From Azolla caroliniana (taxonomy: Eukaryota > Plantae > Polypodiophyta), in NCBI GenBank assembly GCA_043228905.1, contig JBHGNT010000011.1:6324001-6388000 (forward strand): a stretch of DNA of 64,000 nt, in the 5' to 3' direction. Positions within the stretch are counted from its first letter, which is position 1. Every line of letters starts with the position of its first letter. The notes beneath the pieces are model-generated. The model searched no databases. It had not been told where the DNA came from and saw only the letters and a list, made by a program, of their open reading frames with translations. The position numbers were made by a program, and so were the translations under genes. Of the stretch, positions 59,492 through 64,000 are shown piece by piece.

Positions 59492-59852
59492 ACAGAGATT
59501 GGAATTTAAATATGTAAATTTGAGATAATAAATAACAGAGATTGGAAGTTAAAAATGTAAATTTGAGATTATAAATAACAGAGATTGAAAGTTAAAACTG
59601 TAAATTTGAGATATTAATTAACAGAGACTGAAAGTTAAGAATGTAAATTTGCGATAATAATTAACAGACATTGAAAGTTAAGAATGTAAATTTGAGATAA
59701 TAAATAACAGAGATTGAAAGTTAAAACTGTAAATTTGAGATAATAAATAACAGAGATTGAAAGTTAAAAATGTAAATTTGAGTTAATAATAACAGAGATT
59801 GAAAGTTACATATGTAAATTGAGAGGAAGTAAAATATGTAAAATTGAGATAA
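59492..59852. repeat. 43-bp minisatellite (~8 copies) upstream of THIC
   Basis: Unit AACAGAGATTGAAAGTTAAAAATGTAAATTTGAGATAATAAAT. Confidence 0.92.
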
Positions 59853-62574
59853 TTATATTATTCGAGCAATTTGGGTCTTCAAATTTGTTGCAGAAGGGGA
59901 AGAAATAAGTTTTTTTGGGGGGGGGGTCTCTATTCTTTTGGGAGTTATTGAATTTTCTATTCTTTTGAGTTTGAGCTGAGATATTCTTTTAGGCCATGCA
60001 TAAATAGTACATATTGTGGGAAACTTCATGGGTATCTTTTTTCCTTGTTTTTTTTTTAAAACCCAAACTTTCCTGTTTTAGAAAACCCCAGAAAAGAAAA
60101 AAAGGAAGGGTGATGTCAATGAAATGGGCAAGTAAGGAAGAAAGAGTATCTAAATTAAGTGTGGGGCATACATACATACTGATACCCCTCCCTAAAACCT
60201 AAAAAAAGGAGAGAGAGGAATGGATGGACAGATGGATGCCCATGCCCCCACCCAATCAACACACTCACTCACTCATGATACCTTCCTTTCTCTTTTTGTT
60301 TGCCTTCTTGCACAAACATACAAACTAGGAGTACATTTCAGGCGGGCGGGTGGCTACGATAGACGGATAGATTAATAGATTGATTGATAGATGTCTGCAT
60401 GTGAAGCAGACATCAAGTGCTTCTTCACGTGTTTCCGCTAGTTCTTCTAGCCCCAACCATGTATCGCCATAAAACTTCTTTTGCATTGGACTGGATTGGC
60501 ATGGATATTATTCTCTTGGTGTGCATTCTCGAATGACACATACATATAGCAAGCCATGCTTTCGCTCACAGGTGTAATATGTCTTGTTTTTCTTTCTAAT
60601 TCTAATTCCGGCCTACATATCCTATCACACGATATGCATTGTGAACTTAATTAAGAGACGCTAGATTACCGATGTAGAAAGACAGAACTTTGTGAATACG
60701 CCCTTTTTTCTCCATCATAAAAAAAAGTCTCCTAAAAATTGTATCAGTGTTAGTGTCATAGAAACAAAGTTGGCTTGCACATTAGTAGTATATCCTTGAA
60801 TGAAATCATGCTACTTGCATGCCCCAATGGGATATTGTCTTCACATTAAATCTCATTACTTTAATACTTGTAATGCCAATTCCAAGCGCTTTCCAATGGC
60901 CTTATTGCGTTTCCTTACTATGCTTTTTCTTATTTTCTTGCGAATTGGTCGAGTACTATATCTTAAATCTAAAACTCACGTTAAAACACAAAAACAAGTG
61001 TCTTGAGACACCATTTTACATATTACATTGTATTTAAAAATATGCTTATTTGTATCTTTCAAAAATTACGTGAATGTGAATTACTTACAAAAGTTGAAGG
61101 TAATCACACACAATTTCAATTGTATGCCAATGTACTTTGATCTTAAGTGGCTTAGCCTACAAATTTGATGTTAATGATGATGATTAGGCTCATTAAGTCA
61201 CGTGTGTGCGCTATGTTACATATATGTGAGTGTCTCGACTTTGATTGATGCACACACATATATGTAAATGTGATTGCAAATAAGGCTAAATGAAATGGGA
61301 CGGTACGCAATCCAACTAAGTATTTGCATACTTACAAGCCGTCACATAATGTGTGAGAAAAGGTAATTGATGCATTTGTTTCATGACTAAAAAAAGAAAT
61401 AAATCTATAGGCTATAAGAGCTCTTGAACTACATACGAATCTTAATGCTTGAGGGATGAAAAAGTGAACGATATTGAAACATCTCATTTTCATTGAAGAA
61501 GAGGATCTTTTTCTTGAAAGATGAGATGTCTCTATCCAAGAGATTGGACTGTGGTTCGGGGATCTTTTCCAAGCTACTGATTGAACTTGTGTCACATTCC
61601 CTTGCTCATCATACACGACTGATGGCTCTCTGCTCATTCACAACAAGCAAGTAGCCATTTCTTTGTGATGCAATTGACACTATCCAAAAGATCACTCAAC
61701 AGATTTATGGGGATTATCAGTTTGCCTAACTTTAAATTGCAATGCGATGCTTGTTTAACTTTTGTTACTAGTTATTTTGTATCAGTACATTCATTATTTC
61801 ACCTCATATTAATTGGTGGAAAACTTTACTCATTATGGTTGTGAAACACCTTTCTAGAAAGCACCAAGACTAAACTCATGGAAGGTGAACCTACGTAGAC
61901 TAGGCACACGGAATGTAATTATATTTTGGCGCGTGTCTCGCTCATGTATTGTCTTTACTTACTTCAATTTAGGAGTGGGATGGTTGCCATGAATACTTGT
62001 CCCCCTCAAGACGTAATTAAGTGTACGTGCACTTCAACAACTCTCACTATCCCATATTACTAAAGGTCGATAATGAGCTCCCAAATTGTCATATGAAAAT
62101 TTGGAGAATGGGCTTTATTATATTTAGGTCCCATTGGTCTAATAGCCAATTGTCGTAGTCCCTTTGTTTCTCTTTAACATGTATGTTTTTCTTCGATCCC
62201 TTTGGGGCCACCATTCACTGTACAACACGTCACCAACATTGCTACAAATATCTTGTACAATCTAATGAGAATCTCCCATAGAAATGAAAGCAGGCAATAA
62301 TAGTAATTACACGTCAAAACAAAGCAATAGTGCTTCTCGATTGAAGATATGTAAAATACTACAACAAAATATCTCTATGATAAAATTTTATATCGATCAT
62401 TTGTATTTACTTTGTGTGAACCGAACAGTTATGAGTTCATACTTGAGATGTAATGCTAGGTATCAATCGTTCTAAATTTCATATATGTTTGTGGGAGCCA
62501 ATATGTCGTATGCACGACAAACGAATAGGGAGTTTTATCTCCCCCATCTTTTCTATTCATGAACTTCCAAGTTT

Positions 62575-62922
62575 CTTATCATTTTCACAAAAAAGACATT
62601 GGTTCAAACCCTTAAGATCAACCAATCTCATGTTGACACGTGTAATACAACATCAAGGAAGCTAGTAAGACAAGGTGACCAGCGACCACAACATAGGGTG
62701 TTCATATGCATCACACACTTATGTTTTCCCTAGTGCCAAAACTAATGCTTATCATTTTCACAAAAAAGACATTGGCTCAAACCCATAAGATCAACCAATC
62801 CCATGTTGACACATGTAGTACAACATCAGGGAAGCTAGTAAGACAAGGTGACCAACGACCACAACATAGGGACCTCATATGCATCACAGACCTATGTTTT
62901 CCCTAGTGCCAAACTAATGCTT
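62575..62922. repeat. Tandem duplication of ~173 bp
   Basis: CTTATCATTTTCACAAAAAAGACATTGG...CCCTAGTGCCAAA(A)CTAATGCTT occurs twice. Confidence 0.9.
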
Positions 62923-64000
62923 GAGTTATGTTGCAATTTCTAATACCTTTGTTTTGGTTGTTAACCCCATTTTGTCATCCCTATAGTTGTCTCTTGCCAT
63001 TGTTTTTCACTTGCTAAATCACCAATCCACATTGTTTATTAGCTTTTGTTTCCACCAAACTCAAGTTGCATATGTTGTTTATATTCATCAATCTACAAAT
63101 ACATTGATGTATTTTCCTACTCATAATTTGAAACAATACTATTAAATGATTGCATATTCCTCACACTTCACACAATAACACAACATTGTGACTATAGATG
63201 AAAATGAAGGCAAATAGGATCACATACGAGTTTCATTAATAAGTTTGTTTTCTAAAAAGTTGAATATATGTGCAATAGGTAGAACCCTTTCATTTACCTA
63301 GATATGGGAATTATATTTCTCACACTTGTAAACTAGACTAAATTTTGTTGCAAACAAAGTTAAAAGTTTCACGTTGACAACTTCCATAATAATGTCTAAC
63401 CATTCTCATCGCATATATAATTAACTCCATGGTGATCATCGCAAGATTTCACTAGTAACATATAGGTAAGTCTATCGAAGCACAAAGAGTGTAAGGAATG
63501 ATGATCAAGGCAAACATAACATACCATAAGTAGTTGCATAGGTCAAATAAGATGGATAGGTAAAACAAGTGATCATCTTCAATGGTCAAATATGACCTAA
63601 TGAAACCAAAGTGAAACATTTACGTACGGTGTGTATGGAGTTGAATAAGACTTAAAATGTCCTCATAGGTCAAATTATATGGACTATGGACCCAAGTGAA
63701 TCATTTTTGCATAACAGAGTGTGTGTGGAGTTGGTAAGTGATAACTATTTTCACATGCTGATAAAGGACCTCAATGTTCAATAGTTGTGCTACTCCACAT
63801 TGGGATAGCGGATGCAAAATGTGGTTTGAAGAGAAAGATCACAATTGGAAATATGAGGAAAGCCCATATGTGAATCGTGATTATGGTTAAGAAAGACATA
63901 CAAACTATGCATGAAATGGATGTGGAGCTTACGTGGTCATATTTAAAAGAGTGATATATTGATTTGAACACAAAAGACATGTTGTAAAGATTCAATCATA

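Noticed and set aside
60000-64000. Short ORFs upstream of THIC (e.g. 61332-61637)
   Set aside because: No recognisable domains or consistent exon structure. AT-rich intergenic or decayed repeat DNA.

Overview
Intron-containing land-plant DNA, most consistent with a moss (inferred from the retroelement types and a THIC gene with a 3'-UTR TPP riboswitch). About 54 kb is transposon-derived. (1) There is a four-level nest: a Penelope-like element with hammerhead-ribozyme repeats holds a chromodomain Ty3/gypsy element A (6130-26330, TSD GCTAC). A holds a tRNA-Trp-primed gypsy element B (10018-24463, TSD CCGG), and B holds a related element C (13494-20657, TSD ACGG). (2) A large degenerate DNA-transposon-like unit (~28.9-51.3 kb, with a partial paralog at 1-4026) is marked by intronic AGCTAATTAGCT palindrome arrays. 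It contains a Sola2-like DDD transposase, a RING-finger gene and an FCP1/NIF-like phosphatase gene. Beyond inserted Athila-like and copia elements lies a spliced bacterial-type beta-class N6A/N4C DNA methyltransferase pseudogene, which may belong to the same unit. (3) The one clear host gene is THIC (minus strand, 55392-57657). The most interesting items are the transposon-associated amino-methyltransferase, the tRNA-like Pol III boxes at LTR ends, the hammerhead-bearing PLE with no visible endonuclease, and conserved -1 frameshift pseudoknots. All comparisons were made by eye; no searches were run.
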